Of a stretch of 64,000 nucleotides of DNA, positions 30,153-42,546 are shown in pieces. The stretch's first letter is position 1. Every line of letters begins with the position of its first letter. The DNA lies in assembly GCA_002414865.1 (NCBI GenBank), contig DIAQ01000098.1, forward strand, positions 1,039 through 65,038, read 5' to 3'. Origin of the DNA: a candidate division Hyd24-12 bacterium UBA5074 (GTDB taxonomy: Bacteria; Fermentibacterota; Fermentibacteria; Fermentibacterales; Fermentibacteraceae). The notes under the pieces are model-generated. The model ran no database searches, was not told the DNA's origin, and was given only the letters and a program-made list of their open reading frames with translations. The position numbers and the translations under genes are program-made.

Positions 30153-31891
30153 ACGCCGAACACGGCTCCCTGCTCCAGGCCAGCCTCTTTCAGGACCTCG
30201 CGCCTGCGAATCTTGCGGGTGGTGGTCTTCGGCAGCTCGTCTTCGCGGATCATGAAGCTGGATATCCTCTTGTAAGTCGGCTGGGAAGCGTTGAAATGCC
30301 GTATCTCGCGGGAGACCACCTCGACGGCGAACCCGGTGGAAAGGCTTCCGCCCTTCTCCTCGGCCCGGGCGATCAGCTTCTCCATGTCGGGGACCACGAT
30401 GGCCCAGATCTCCTCGCCCTTGAGCTTCGATTCGTGTCCGAAGACCATCGACTCGAGGATGAAGTCCGACTTCGTGAGCTTGGTCTCGATCTCCTCGGGA
30501 TAGACGTTCTTCCCGTTCTTGGCCACTATTACGTTCTTCTTGCGCCCCGTGACGTAGAGGAAGCCCTCCCTGTCGACGAATCCGAAGTCGCCGGTCTTCA
30601 GCCACCCCTCCGGGGAGAGGACCCTGGCGGTTTCCTCCGGGTCGTTGTGATAGCCCAGCATGACGTTGGGTCCTCTGACCACGATCTCTCCCACACCCTC
30701 CTCGTCGGGCTCGTCGATCCTGACCTCGACCTCGGCCAGGGGAGGGCCGACGGAGGAGGGCTTGTTCGCTTTTTCGCGGTTGGCGGAGAGAAGAGGGGCG
30801 GCTTCGGTGAGCCCGTAGCCCTGCAGCATGACGAAACCCAGGCTGGTGAAGCCGCGCACGACGTCGGGATCGATTCCGGCGCCCCCCGATATGAGGAGCC
30901 TTATCTTCCCGCCCAGCTTAGCGTGGACAGGGGAGAAGACCTTCCTGCGTATCGAGCTCCCCATGACGAGCGACGCGACATCCGCCACGACCATCCCGAC
31001 CCTGAAGCGGAGCCTGCCCGCTGGCTGGGTCCTGATGCCCCCGAGAATCTTCCGGTACATGGACTCCCACATGAGCGGAACGGTGAGGATTACGGTCGCT
31101 CCGGAGAGCAGGATGTCCTCCGCCACGTACCTCAGGCCCCTGCAGATGTAGTACGTGGACCCTGCCGAGAGCGGCGCGAGGAATCCGCAGCTGCATTCGT
31201 AGGTGTGGTGCAGCGGCAGCACCGAGAGGAAGATGTCGTTGGGGAGGATGCGCACGAACTGCTGCTCCATCCTGACCACGGACAGGAGGTTGGACTGGGA
31301 CAGGACCACCCCCTTGGCCGATCCCATCGTGCCCGAGGTGTAGTAGATCGCAGCCGGGGCATGCCTGTCGAACGACGAGGGCAGGAGCTTCTCAGACCTC
31401 CTGCCGGACGCGAGGAAGTCGGGGAACTCGATGCAGTCGGCATCGCCGGGCCCGTTCATGACGATCATGGATAGCGGCCTGCCGTGCACGGCCGCCCTGA
31501 AGTCCTGGAGATAGCTGCTGTCGAACAGGACGATGTTCGCGCCGGAGTAGTGAAGGATCGTCCGCATCTCCTGCACGGGCAGCTCGCGGTCGATGGGCAC
31601 GGCCACGCCCCCGCAGCGCATCACGGCCAGATACGCCGAAGCCCAGCTGATGCTGTTCCTTCCGACGATCCCCACGACGGGGGACTCGCACTCCGAGAGC
31701 ATCGCCCTGGCAAGGCTGTCCACGTCCGACCTCAGGTCGCGGTAGGTGATGCTCTTGACTGTGCCATCGTTGTGGGGCTCCACGATGGCGATCGAGTCGG
31801 GATGCCTCCCGGCGGCTTCTGCGAACATCGAGGAGATGCTCTCGAAGTCCGGCACATCGTTGAGAGGGCCGCCGGGGATCTGGCGATTCAC
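30149..31891 (-). CDS. Long-chain acyl-CoA synthetase (AMP-binding)
   Basis: YTSGTMGSAKG, QGYGLTE, TGD, GRKKN, GKNVYPEEIE; GGAGGT RBS before GTG 31891. Confidence 0.92.
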   Translation of the reverse strand: MNRQIPGGPLNDVPDFESISSMFAEAAGRHPDSIAIVEPHNDGTVKSITYRDLRSDVDSLARAMLSECESPVVGIVGRNSISWASAYLAVMRCGGVAVPIDRELPVQEMRTILHYSGANIVLFDSSYLQDFRAAVHGRPLSMIVMNGPGDADCIEFPDFLASGRRSEKLLPSSFDRHAPAAIYYTSGTMGSAKGVVLSQSNLLSVVRMEQQFVRILPNDIFLSVLPLHHTYECSCGFLAPLSAGSTYYICRGLRYVAEDILLSGATVILTVPLMWESMYRKILGGIRTQPAGRLRFRVGMVVADVASLVMGSSIRRKVFSPVHAKLGGKIRLLISGGAGIDPDVVRGFTSLGFVMLQGYGLTEAAPLLSANREKANKPSSVGPPLAEVEVRIDEPDEEGVGEIVVRGPNVMLGYHNDPEETARVLSPEGWLKTGDFGFVDREGFLYVTGRKKNVIVAKNGKNVYPEEIETKLTKSDFILESMVFGHESKLKGEEIWAIVVPDMEKLIARAEEKGGSLSTGFAVEVVSREIRHFNASQPTYKRISSFMIREDELPKTTTRKIRRREVLKEAGLEQGAVFGV

Positions 31892-31987
31892 TTCAGGCCA
31901 CCTCCGTGTCCGGCGTTGACGGAAATCAGTGGGGACCATAGCAGGAAGGCCGCCGGGGAGGAAACCGCCGCCGGGTCGTCCCGCACC

Positions 31988-33285
<1,298 letters not shown>

Positions 33286-33292
<7 letters not shown>

Positions 33293-34680
33293 TTGTTCCG
33301 GAGGGCGGCCCTGGCGTCGACCACGAGCTGGCCCATCCTCACATCCCGCAGGAACCGCTTCCACATGTAGGACGGCCTGAAGTAGAACTTCCTGTGGAAG
33401 GAGTTGTAGTATCTGTGGATGGTGTCCCAGTCGAGGTTGTCGTGCTTCCAGACCTCGCTCGTACAATGGAAGTTGTACCTGTCCCAGTCCTCGGAGAGGA
33501 GGCGCCCGTCCTCCTTGATGATCCTGTACAGGGGAGACGAGGGGAAGGGCAGGGTCATCGAGGCCTTCGCATAGGTCAGGGGCAGGCTCAGCGCGAACGA
33601 GGTGGTCTTCTTCATCGTCTCCTCGGTCTCCCCGGGGAGGCCGAGCATGAAGTTGCCGAGGGTCTCGAGTCCGGCTCTGTCGGCCATCACGACCGCCTTC
33701 CTCATCTTCTCGAGGCTCTGCGGCTTGTTGACACCCTTCAGGATATCCTCGTCGCCACTCTCGATCCCGAACGCCACCTGGTAGCAGCCGGCCTTCCTGG
33801 CGAGGGTGAAGAACTCCTCGTCGACATCGTGCACGTTGACCCCGGTCGGAAGCGCCCAGGGGGCGTCGAAGCCCTCCTCCACCAGCATCCTGCAGATGGT
33901 CTTCGCGCGGCCGATGTCAGCGGTGAAGTTGTTGTCCTTTATGTGGATGTCCCTGAAGCCGAAGTCGAGCATGCGGAACATCTCGTCGACCACCCTGCGG
34001 GGCGACTTCGCCCGTATCTTGTGCCAGAAGATGTTCTGACTGCAGTAGAAGCAGTTGTGGTTGCAGCCCCTGTTCGTCTCCATGTAGCCAACCGGGTTCC
34101 GCCGGGAGGCGATATGCGGCGCCCTGTAGCGGCTGAGGTCGAAGAGCTGCCAGGCCGGCAGCGGCAGGTCGTCGAGATTCTCGATCATCGGGCGGGCCTG
34201 GGTGGCCGTGAAGGTCCCGTCCTCCAGGAAGGCCACCCCCGGGATGTCCCGCGGCGGGATCCTGCTGCAGACATCCACTACGGTCCTCTCACCCTCGCCG
34301 ACCACCACGAGGTCGAAGGCGCCGCTCCTGAGAACCTCCTCCGGGAGGGTCGTGGCATGCACGCCCCCGGCCACCAGGACTGCGGTGGGCAGCTCGATGC
34401 GGGCTATCTCGGCAAGGCTCCTGGCATCCCCCCACAGGGGGGTGGTGAATGTGATCCCGACGAAGTCGGGCCTCCATTCACGCAGCCTCGACCGGTACAC
34501 TCCGAGGGGGTCCTCCTCGATCATCAGATCGGCCACCGAGGCCTCGTGACCAGCGTCCAGGAGGGCGGCCGCAAGGCTGGCGAGAGTTATGAACGGAGCG
34601 GTGGTCATCCCCACCTTCACATGGCTCTTCTCGTAGATGCCCAGGGCGGAAGGCGGGTTCACTAGCAGCATTCGACTCAA
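33286..34680 (-). CDS. Cobalamin-binding radical SAM protein
   Basis: LLVNPP, GGVHAT, GEGE, RGCNHNCFYC, GIESG, FMLGLPGET. Confidence 0.92.
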
Positions 34681-34818
34681 CGGCGTGCCCCCTGTATCTG
34701 TGCGGAGTCCGGCATACATGGCGAAAGGGCGAATTTACTCCAGGAGCGTCCCTTCCACCAGTGCCGGACCCGGCCTGCAGACTTGACGCGGCTGCTTCCG
34801 CGCGAACAGGAATGGCCC

Positions 34819-37701
34819 ATGCATGAGAACCCGCCGTCGAAAAGGGACCCGACGGGAGCGGTGCTGGCAGTCCTGTTCGGAGCTGCCGCGCTGATCCTGC
34901 AACCCTCCACATCGGACACCACTCTTGTCAAGCTGGTTCCCTTCTATGTCGCCGGAGTCCTCGCTGCTGCCCTGGTGGCGGTCAGGACAGCGCGCCGCTC
35001 CCTGGATGCGCCCGGGCTTCCCCTGCTCGCATTCGCGCTCCTCCCCGCAGCCTACCTCCTCGTTCGCACCGCGTCCGGGCCACCCAGCGACAGGGGTCCC
35101 GTCTACTGCTTCTCGGTCCTGTCCGGGACGCTCGTCATGCTCGCGCTGGCCACCCCGGGAGACCGCGCCAGGCGGGGCGAAGCGCTGCATCTGCTCGCGG
35201 CGGGAATGGCCGTGGCGCTTGCGGTGCCGCTCATGCAGGCCCTCGGTCTCGACCTGTCCAGCCTCTATGGCCCCACAGCCGACGGCGGGCGCCTCTCCGG
35301 CTCGACGGGAAACCCCACGCTCCTCGGGAGTCTGGGCGCCTCCGGAGCTGTCATGGGAGCAGGCTTCGCGCTGCGGAGAGGTCCCATGAACAGGATCGCA
35401 GGGCTCCTCCTCTCCGCGGAGGGCGTGGCCTCGGTGGTGCTCAGCGGAACGCGCGCGGGCCTGCTCGGGATGCTTGCGGGAAGCATCCTGCTGGTGTGCC
35501 TCGCACCCCTCCGCCGCCGCTCCAGACTCGCGGCGGCAGCGCTCCTGATCGCAGCGGTCGCGGCTGCCTCGGTCGCCATGTGGCCTCGCCTCCGCGAAGC
35601 CGCGGACCCCGGGTCGGGAAGCGTCGCGGTGAGGCGCCTGCTGTGGTCCGGGGCCTGCGGCATGTTCGAGGCAAGGCCGTTTCTCGGGTGGGGGACCGGG
35701 TCCTTCCAGAGGGTCTTCCCCTCCTTCCGCGATCCTGACTACGCCGTTCTCTTCATGAGCCACAGCTCGAACATGGCCCATAGCGAGTACCTCCAGACGC
35801 TGGCAGAGGGAGGGCTGGCCGCGGCGGTTTCGTGGGTGGCCCTCGCATGCTGCGGAATCGTCATGCTGGCTCGCCGGGGCCGGTCGATGGAAGCCCTCGT
35901 CCCCCTGGCGGGAGCGGTTTCCGTGCTGGCGGAGTCCGCGGTCTCCATATCCCTGAGGCTGCCCCTTCAGCAGTTCCAGCTCGCGGTGCTGGCCGGGCTC
36001 TCCCTCGCGGGCGCCCGCTCGGGGCGCACGGCGCCGAGGGCGGCGGCGCTGCTGCCGATCGCGGGCGCCGCAGCGCTTCTCGCCGGGGGCTTCGGGGCGG
36101 CCTTCACCGCCATGAGGTCCGGCTCGCTCCTCCACTCCGGAGGCATCGTCGCCTACGCGGAAGCCGAGGCCGGCCTGGCTGCGGCCGATCGCGCCGGAGA
36201 TCCGTCGGTCAGGCAGAGCCTCCTCGGGCTGTCGCTCACCGACTGCAGGACGGCGGAGTCGGACTGCAGGCGCTGCGTTGAGATCAATCCGGAGGAGCTC
36301 GCGGGATGGTACGCCCTCGGGAACTCGTCCCTGCTCGAGGCGGACATCCTGTCGGAGTCGGGTGCGGACCCGGCTGCGGTGACCGCCGCCCTCCGGAGCG
36401 CGCTCGCCGCCTACGACTCCCTGTCGAAGAGGGCGCCCGATTTCGCCGAGCTCCAGTACAACTACGCGTTCCTCTGCTACAGGCTGGGTCTGCTCCCCGG
36501 GTTCTTCGAACATCTCGCGCGCACCTACACGACACTCCCCCACAGGATCGCGGACCTGGGCGCGGTCTTCCTGTTCCTCGAGCCTCTCTGCAGCGACATC
36601 TCCGGGCTCGAGGCCAGACAGATCGCGCTGCTCGACCGCGCCTTCTCCGTCGGAACGGACGGCATCGGGCCCGAGAGGGCCCTGCCGGCGGCCACCGCCC
36701 AGATACTCGAGGCGGACGCCCTCACGGCCTCGCTGCTGGCAGTCAGAGACCCGGAACTGGCCACTGCCGCGGCCTGGAGACTGACCGCCCCGCTTCTCAG
36801 GCTGGGGGTCCCGTCATGGCTCGCCGCCTGGAGGGGCAGGGTGATCGAGTCCGCCCTGGCTCAAGAGGGGGAGGCGCTTGCTGGAAGAGCTGCGGCCGGG
36901 GATCCCGGACTGGATCCGGAGCCGATCCTGGACCTCCTGGAGAGGACCGGGCTCCCCCTGCCGTATCACAGATTCGCCGCAGCCGCAACACTGCTCGACC
37001 GGGGAGACAAGGCAGGCCTGCCCCTGATGTCGGAGCTGAATGCAGGGCTGGTGAACGCGGGCAGACAATCGCCCGCCTGCTGGCCAGGCGGCGGAAGCTC
37101 GCTCCCCCGGGCCGCCCTGGCTGCGCTCGCAGATCCGTCAGGGCCCGATCTCGATTCGTACTTCGCAGCGGTGGACGAGCTGATCCTCGCCGACTTCCTG
37201 GTCTCCTCCTCCCTCACCCTGGCGCAGAGGCAGTTTCCCGGCTCCGTGGACAGCGGGCTGCTCTCCTCCCTGGACAGCCTGGACGCCAGGCTCGGCGGCG
37301 CGCTCCGTGCCGCAGGCGGTCCGGTGCCGGGCCTGTGGACCGATCCCGGGTACACGCGCGACGTCGTCCTGGGAATCCGGTCCCTGTCCGCCTCGCTAGG
37401 GCCTGACGACCCCACCGCCGCCGTCCTGGGCTTCCGCATCCATTTCAGGTTCCTCTGGTCGCTGCTGGAGGCGGGTTACGGGGAGGACTCGCCGGCGGTG
37501 TCCCTAGCCCTCGCGGGATGCGACAGCTGCATCGCCTCCGCGGCCGGGACCGCCGGAGAGGCCGAGGCACTCGGACTCTGCAGGGAAGGCGTCGAAGAGG
37601 AACAGGGGTTTGCGCTCATGAACCAGTTCGATTCCAGCCCCGCCGCGGATCTCCTGGAACGGCACCTGTCCGCGGGACAGGCCCCGGGCGCCGGCATCTA
37701 G
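34819..37701 (+). CDS. O-antigen ligase-like (Wzy_C) membrane protein with helical/TPR-like C-terminus
   Basis: GNP, SGTRAG, R-x-x-LW, PFLGWG-x-GSF, AHSEYLQ-x-x-AEGG motifs. Confidence 0.8.
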   Translation: MHENPPSKRDPTGAVLAVLFGAAALILQPSTSDTTLVKLVPFYVAGVLAAALVAVRTARRSLDAPGLPLLAFALLPAAYLLVRTASGPPSDRGPVYCFSVLSGTLVMLALATPGDRARRGEALHLLAAGMAVALAVPLMQALGLDLSSLYGPTADGGRLSGSTGNPTLLGSLGASGAVMGAGFALRRGPMNRIAGLLLSAEGVASVVLSGTRAGLLGMLAGSILLVCLAPLRRRSRLAAAALLIAAVAAASVAMWPRLREAADPGSGSVAVRRLLWSGACGMFEARPFLGWGTGSFQRVFPSFRDPDYAVLFMSHSSNMAHSEYLQTLAEGGLAAAVSWVALACCGIVMLARRGRSMEALVPLAGAVSVLAESAVSISLRLPLQQFQLAVLAGLSLAGARSGRTAPRAAALLPIAGAAALLAGGFGAAFTAMRSGSLLHSGGIVAYAEAEAGLAAADRAGDPSVRQSLLGLSLTDCRTAESDCRRCVEINPEELAGWYALGNSSLLEADILSESGADPAAVTAALRSALAAYDSLSKRAPDFAELQYNYAFLCYRLGLLPGFFEHLARTYTTLPHRIADLGAVFLFLEPLCSDISGLEARQIALLDRAFSVGTDGIGPERALPAATAQILEADALTASLLAVRDPELATAAAWRLTAPLLRLGVPSWLAAWRGRVIESALAQEGEALAGRAAAGDPGLDPEPILDLLERTGLPLPYHRFAAAATLLDRGDKAGLPLMSELNAGLVNAGRQSPACWPGGGSSLPRAALAALADPSGPDLDSYFAAVDELILADFLVSSSLTLAQRQFPGSVDSGLLSSLDSLDARLGGALRAAGGPVPGLWTDPGYTRDVVLGIRSLSASLGPDDPTAAVLGFRIHFRFLWSLLEAGYGEDSPAVSLALAGCDSCIASAAGTAGEAEALGLCREGVEEEQGFALMNQFDSSPAADLLERHLSAGQAPGAGI

Positions 37702-38513
37702 GCGGGAGCGGGACCCGTTCCGGCGCGGCCCTTCCTCCCGGTGGCGAGATGCATCCCGATCAGCGCCGAGACGAGCACCGCGGTGAGGGCGGCGGAGCCT
37801 TCCGGCCCGAACCCGCCCCAGGGCGGCGGAGACGACGGCTCGAGCAGCGAGGGCAGCCGGTAGCCGCTTACCTGCGCTCCGAGGACGACGCCGGTGACGC
37901 CGTTCCAGAGCCAGTGTACGAGGATGGGCGCCTGCAATCCGCCGGTCGCGGTCCTGAGCCTGCAAAGGAGGAAGCCGAACAGGCCGATGTTGAACAGGCC
38001 CAGGGGAGTGATGGCGGGATTGCCGGAATGGACCGCGGCGAACAGGATCGAAGAGATGATGGAGGCGGGCAGGAGGCGTCCCCTGTAGGTAAGAGCGTCC
38101 TGGAGATATCCCCGGAATCCGATCTCCTCGGCCGCCGCCGCCGGCAGCAGGGCGAGCAGGGCGCCGATCCAGCCGGTTCCGGCTCCCGCCGGTGCGATTC
38201 CTCCCGCCAGGGAGACGGCGAAAGGCAGCAGGAGGTAGGCGGACAGGACCAGAGCCGATGGAATTCCCCGAAGGCCTGCCGCGCGGGAGGAGCTGAACGA
38301 CAGCCACGCCGGTCCGACAATGGCGCAGGACATGGCTCCGGAGACGGCGAAGCCTGTCACGAGACCGGCATGCCCGCCTGTGAGGGCGGTGGCCAGGAAC
38401 CTCGAGGCGGAAATCAGCACCAGGAATGCTGCCAGGAGCCCGAGCCGGGCAAGGAGCTCCGGCACCGGCCTCAGCCGGCCGGGATCGAGCGCTCCCGGGC
38501 GGATGCCCCTCAA
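37698..38513 (-). CDS. CPBP/Abi family intramembrane metalloprotease
   Basis: EEIGFRGY, FAAVH, HWLWN motifs; TTG overlaps tpiA TGA. Confidence 0.88.
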   Translation of the reverse strand: MRGIRPGALDPGRLRPVPELLARLGLLAAFLVLISASRFLATALTGGHAGLVTGFAVSGAMSCAIVGPAWLSFSSSRAAGLRGIPSALVLSAYLLLPFAVSLAGGIAPAGAGTGWIGALLALLPAAAAEEIGFRGYLQDALTYRGRLLPASIISSILFAAVHSGNPAITPLGLFNIGLFGFLLCRLRTATGGLQAPILVHWLWNGVTGVVLGAQVSGYRLPSLLEPSSPPPWGGFGPEGSAALTAVLVSALIGMHLATGRKGRAGTGPAPA

Positions 38514-39262
38514 GCCCTCGCGGACCTCGCGATCGAGAGGAAGCCTTCTGCGTCCAGGCTGGCGCCCCCGACAAGAGCGCCGTCGACCCCCGGCGCAGCC
38601 AGGATCTCCGCGGAATTGCCGGGCTTGACGCTTCCCCCGTAGATGATCCGGACGGGTGAGGAGGCCTCTCCGAACATCCCGCCCAGAGCCTTTCTGATAT
38701 GGAGATGCATCCCGGAAACCTGTTCCGGGGTGGCGATGCGCCCGGTTCCGATCGCCCAGACGGGCTCGTAGGCGATCACGATCCGGCCGGGATCGTCGGG
38801 CAGCCCTCCCGCGAGCGCCGCCGACAGCTGATCGCGAACCACGGACTCCTGCCCGCCGGCATCCCTCTGCTCGAGAAGCTCGCCGAGACAGAGGACCACC
38901 GAGAGCCCCCCGCCGAGGGCGGCCTCGAGCTTCCTCCTGACCACCTGGTCGGACTCGCCGAGGATGTGCCTGCGCTCGCTGTGGCCTGCGAGCACCCAGG
39001 AGCAGCCGGCCTCGACCAGCATCGAAGGGCTTATCTCTCCCGTGAAGGCTCCGGCGGTCTCGTAGAACACGTCCTGGGCTCCGAGCCCGATACCGGCCTC
39101 CCTCGCGTCCTCCGACAGGGCCGGGAGCAGGGTGAACGGAGGAAAGACGACGATCTGCGCCGGGTCGTCGGCCACGGCCAGGGACTTGGCGGTCTGCAAC
39201 CATGACAGGCCCATGGGCCAGCTGCCGTTCATCTTCCAGTTGGCGCCGAAGAAGGGTTTCAA
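38510..39262 (-). CDS. tpiA: Triosephosphate isomerase
   Basis: ANWKMN, GHSERR, AYEPVWAIGTG, YGGSV, LVGGASL; TTG overlaps pgk stop. Confidence 0.97.
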   Translation of the reverse strand: MKPFFGANWKMNGSWPMGLSWLQTAKSLAVADDPAQIVVFPPFTLLPALSEDAREAGIGLGAQDVFYETAGAFTGEISPSMLVEAGCSWVLAGHSERRHILGESDQVVRRKLEAALGGGLSVVLCLGELLEQRDAGGQESVVRDQLSAALAGGLPDDPGRIVIAYEPVWAIGTGRIATPEQVSGMHLHIRKALGGMFGEASSPVRIIYGGSVKPGNSAEILAAPGVDGALVGGASLDAEGFLSIARSARA

Positions 39263-40461
39263 CGCGCCCCTCCTCCCAGGGCCTCGAGAGCCACCAGCTC
39301 CCTGCCCTGCAGGAGGGTGAGGGAGACTCCGCCACCCGTGGACACGAAGCTGACCCTCTTCTCCACGCCGGCCTCGGTGACGGCGCGGGCGGAGTCGCCT
39401 CCGCCGACGATGGTGACGGCTCCCGAGCGGTCGGTCGCCTCGGCCAGCGCCAGGGCCAGGGTCCGCGTGGCCCTGTCGAACGGAGGCGATTCGAACAGGC
39501 CCATCGGGCCGTTCCACACCACCGTGCCGCTGCGCCCGATCACCGCTGCGAACTCGGCGGTGGCCGCGGGTCCTATGTCCAGGCCAGCCGATCCGGGCGG
39601 TATGGCGGCGGCCGGAACCGCAGCAGCTCCGGCTCCATCCGCCGGCGATGCCGCAACCACGATGTCGGAGGGCAGGATGACCTTCACTCCGGCCTTCGCG
39701 GCGCGCTCGAGGATGGCCGAAGCCATCGGCACCCTGTCCGGCTCGAGGAGGCTCTTCCCGACCTCGAGGCCGAGCGCCTTGAGGAAGGTGAAGGCCATCC
39801 CTCCCCCGATCAGGATGTAGTCGGTCCTGTCCAGGAGGTTCTCCATCACCGGTATCTTGTCGGCCACCTTGGCGCCCCCGAGGAGCAGCGTCATGGGCTT
39901 GCGCGGTTCTTCGACCGCTCCGAGCAGGAAGTCGAGCTCCTTCTCCACGAGGAACCCGACGAAGCCGCCTCCGAGGGCGGCAGGCACGCCTGTCATCGAT
40001 GCGTGCGCCCTGTGGCAGGTGCCGAAGGCGTCGTTCACGTAGGTGTCCGCCAGGGAGGCGAGCTGCCCCGCGAACCCGGGATCTCCTGCCTCCTCCCCGG
40101 GATGGAACCTGAGGTTCTCCAGGAGCAGGATGTCACCTGGCTTCAGGGCCTTCGCCATCGATTCCACGCGCATCCCGACACAGTCCGGCGCCAGGACGAC
40201 GGTTCTTCCCAGGAGCTGCCCGAGGCGCCTCGCAACCGGGGCGAGGCTCATCCCGGGCACCACCTTCCCGTCCGGCCTGCCGAGGTGGCTGGCCACGACG
40301 GCCGAGGCGGGGGCTTCCAGGATGGCCCGGATGGTGGGCAGCACCGCCTCGATCCGTGTGTCGTCGGCCACCTCGCAGTTCTCCAGGGGAACGTTGAGGT
40401 CGGCCCGGAGGAACACCCTCCTGCCTGCGAGGGAGGCGTTCCTTATCGATGGGTACTTCAC
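39259..40461 (-). CDS. pgk: Phosphoglycerate kinase
   Basis: RADLNVP, SHLGRP, LENLRF, NDAFG, WNGPMG, STGGG; GTG overlaps gap stop. Confidence 0.97.
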   Translation of the reverse strand: MKYPSIRNASLAGRRVFLRADLNVPLENCEVADDTRIEAVLPTIRAILEAPASAVVASHLGRPDGKVVPGMSLAPVARRLGQLLGRTVVLAPDCVGMRVESMAKALKPGDILLLENLRFHPGEEAGDPGFAGQLASLADTYVNDAFGTCHRAHASMTGVPAALGGGFVGFLVEKELDFLLGAVEEPRKPMTLLLGGAKVADKIPVMENLLDRTDYILIGGGMAFTFLKALGLEVGKSLLEPDRVPMASAILERAAKAGVKVILPSDIVVAASPADGAGAAAVPAAAIPPGSAGLDIGPAATAEFAAVIGRSGTVVWNGPMGLFESPPFDRATRTLALALAEATDRSGAVTIVGGGDSARAVTEAGVEKRVSFVSTGGGVSLTLLQGRELVALEALGGGAR

Positions 40462-41459
40462 ATCCCCACCCCGCTCATGAGGCGCAGCATGTCCACCATC
40501 CTCGACGAGTAGCCCCACTCGTTGTCGTACCAGGACATGACCTTGACCATCCTGGGACCGACCATCCGGGTGAACTCCGAATCGAACACCGAACTCGCGT
40601 CCCTGCCAATGATGTCCGTCGAGACGAGCGGCTCCTCGCTGTAATCGAGTATCCCTCTGAGCCTTCCCTCCGACGCCTTCTTCATGGCGGCGTTCACGTC
40701 GGCCACGGTCGCGTCCTTCTCGAGGACGCAGGTGAGATCGACCAGGGATCCGTCGGCCACGGGCACCCTGACCGCGAACCCGTCGAGCCGTCCCCTGAGC
40801 TCGGGGATGACCTCTCCTATGGCGCTCGCGGCACCGGTCGTGGTGGGGATGATGTTGAGGGCGGCGGTCCTCGCCCTGCGGAGGTCCTTGTGGGGGAGGT
40901 CGAGGACGCGCTGGTCGTTCGTGTACGCATGCACGGTGGTCATTATGCCCGTCGCTATCCCGAAGGTCTGGTGCAGCACTGAGGCGACCGGCGCCAGGCA
41001 GTTCGTGGTGCAGCTCGCGGTGGATATCACCGAGTGGATCGCAGGATCGTACCTGTCCGAGTTGACACCCATCACGATCGTCAGATCGGCCCCCTTGGCG
41101 GGTGCGCTTATCATCACCCTGCGGGCTCCCGCGGCGATGTGGGCAGAGGCCTTGTCCTTCGAGGTGAAGAGCCCCGTGGACTCGATGACGATGTCGATCC
41201 CCATGTCCTTCCAGGGCAGGGCTGCAGGGTCCCTTGTCGAGAGGACCCTGAACGATCCCGCCCGGGTGGTGATCGTATCGCCCTCGACCTTCACCCCTCC
41301 CTCGAACCTGCGGTGAACCGAATCGCGCTCGAGGAGGTTCGCCAGCGTGACGGGATCGGTGATGTCGTTCACCGCCACGATTTCGATGCCTCCGACCTCG
41401 GCGGCCCGCCTGTAGACCAGCCTGCCGATCCTCCCGAACCCGTTGATGGCAACCTTCAT
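40458..41459 (-). CDS. gap: Type I glyceraldehyde-3-phosphate dehydrogenase
   Basis: INGFGRIGR, ASCTTNCL, WYDNEWGYS. Confidence 0.98.
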   Translation of the reverse strand: MKVAINGFGRIGRLVYRRAAEVGGIEIVAVNDITDPVTLANLLERDSVHRRFEGGVKVEGDTITTRAGSFRVLSTRDPAALPWKDMGIDIVIESTGLFTSKDKASAHIAAGARRVMISAPAKGADLTIVMGVNSDRYDPAIHSVISTASCTTNCLAPVASVLHQTFGIATGIMTTVHAYTNDQRVLDLPHKDLRRARTAALNIIPTTTGAASAIGEVIPELRGRLDGFAVRVPVADGSLVDLTCVLEKDATVADVNAAMKKASEGRLRGILDYSEEPLVSTDIIGRDASSVFDSEFTRMVGPRMVKVMSWYDNEWGYSSRMVDMLRLMSGVGM

Positions 41460-41479
41460 CTTGCCCTCCCAGTATTGGA

Positions 41480-42517
41480 TCAGCCGAAGAAGAGCTTCGC
41501 GACCGAATAGCGCTCGAGCGGGACCTTCTTCAGCGTGCCCACGGCGTCAGCCAGATCGGCATCCACCACTTCGCCTCCGCGAAGGGCGGCCATCCTGCCC
41601 GTCATCCCCGACTCGGCCATCTCGACCACCTTCACACCCAGACGGGTGCCGAGCACCCTGTCGAAGGCGCTCGGCGGTCCCCCCCGCTGGAGGTGTCCGA
41701 GGACGACGGATCTCGTCTCGAGGCCCGTGCGGTCCTCTATCTCCTGGGCCAGCACCTCCGCGACTCCGATACCCGTCCCCAGCTGTACATGTCCGAAGGC
41801 ATCCTTCTCCTGGGCATGCATCACGTGCCTGGTCAGCTGCGGGTCCATGGCGCCCTCGGCCACGGCGACCAGCGCCCAGTGCCTGCCCTCGTCCCATCTG
41901 CTCCTGAGGATGCGGCACACCTCGTCGGTGTCGAAGGGCTCCTCCGGGAGGAGTATCACGGATGCCCCGCCGGCCATGCCGCCATGCAGAGCCATCCAGC
42001 CCGCATGCCTTCCCATGATCTCGACGACCACCACCCTCTCGTGGCTCCTGGCAGTCGTCTCGAGCCTGTCGAGAGATTCCATCACGATATTGATCGCGGT
42101 ATCGAAGCCGAATGTGTAGTCGGTCGCCGCCAGGTCGTTGTCTATGGTCTTCGGGACCCCGAGGACCTTGAAGCCCGATTCGGAGAGCTTCCTCGCCACG
42201 CCCAGCGTGTCCTCGCCTCCTACGGCGATCAGGCAGTCGATGGAGTTCCTGGACAGGGTGTCCGCGATCCTCTGCATCCCGTTCTCGACCTTGAACGGAT
42301 TTGTCCTCGAGGAGAGGAGGATGGTGCCCCCCTGCTTGTGGATATCGCGCACGTCCTCGATTCCGAGGTCCCTCCCCTGGTCCTCGAGGACGCCCTTCCA
42401 TCCCCGCAGGAAGCCTGTCACCCTGTGCCCACCCGAGACGGCTCGGTAGACGACCGCTCTGATCACAGCGTTGAGACCGGGGGCGTCGCCCCCTCCCGTC
42501 AGGATAGCGAGATGCAC
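41480..42517 (-). CDS. pfkA: 6-phosphofructokinase, group III, probably PPi-dependent
   Basis: GGGDAPG, GGEDT, PKTIDND, MGRHAG, LGHLQRGG. Confidence 0.93.
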   Translation of the reverse strand: MHLAILTGGGDAPGLNAVIRAVVYRAVSGGHRVTGFLRGWKGVLEDQGRDLGIEDVRDIHKQGGTILLSSRTNPFKVENGMQRIADTLSRNSIDCLIAVGGEDTLGVARKLSESGFKVLGVPKTIDNDLAATDYTFGFDTAINIVMESLDRLETTARSHERVVVVEIMGRHAGWMALHGGMAGGASVILLPEEPFDTDEVCRILRSRWDEGRHWALVAVAEGAMDPQLTRHVMHAQEKDAFGHVQLGTGIGVAEVLAQEIEDRTGLETRSVVLGHLQRGGPPSAFDRVLGTRLGVKVVEMAESGMTGRMAALRGGEVVDADLADAVGTLKKVPLERYSVAKLFFG

Positions 42518-42546
42518 CTTTCGACCTCCCGTTCAATCCCTGGCGT

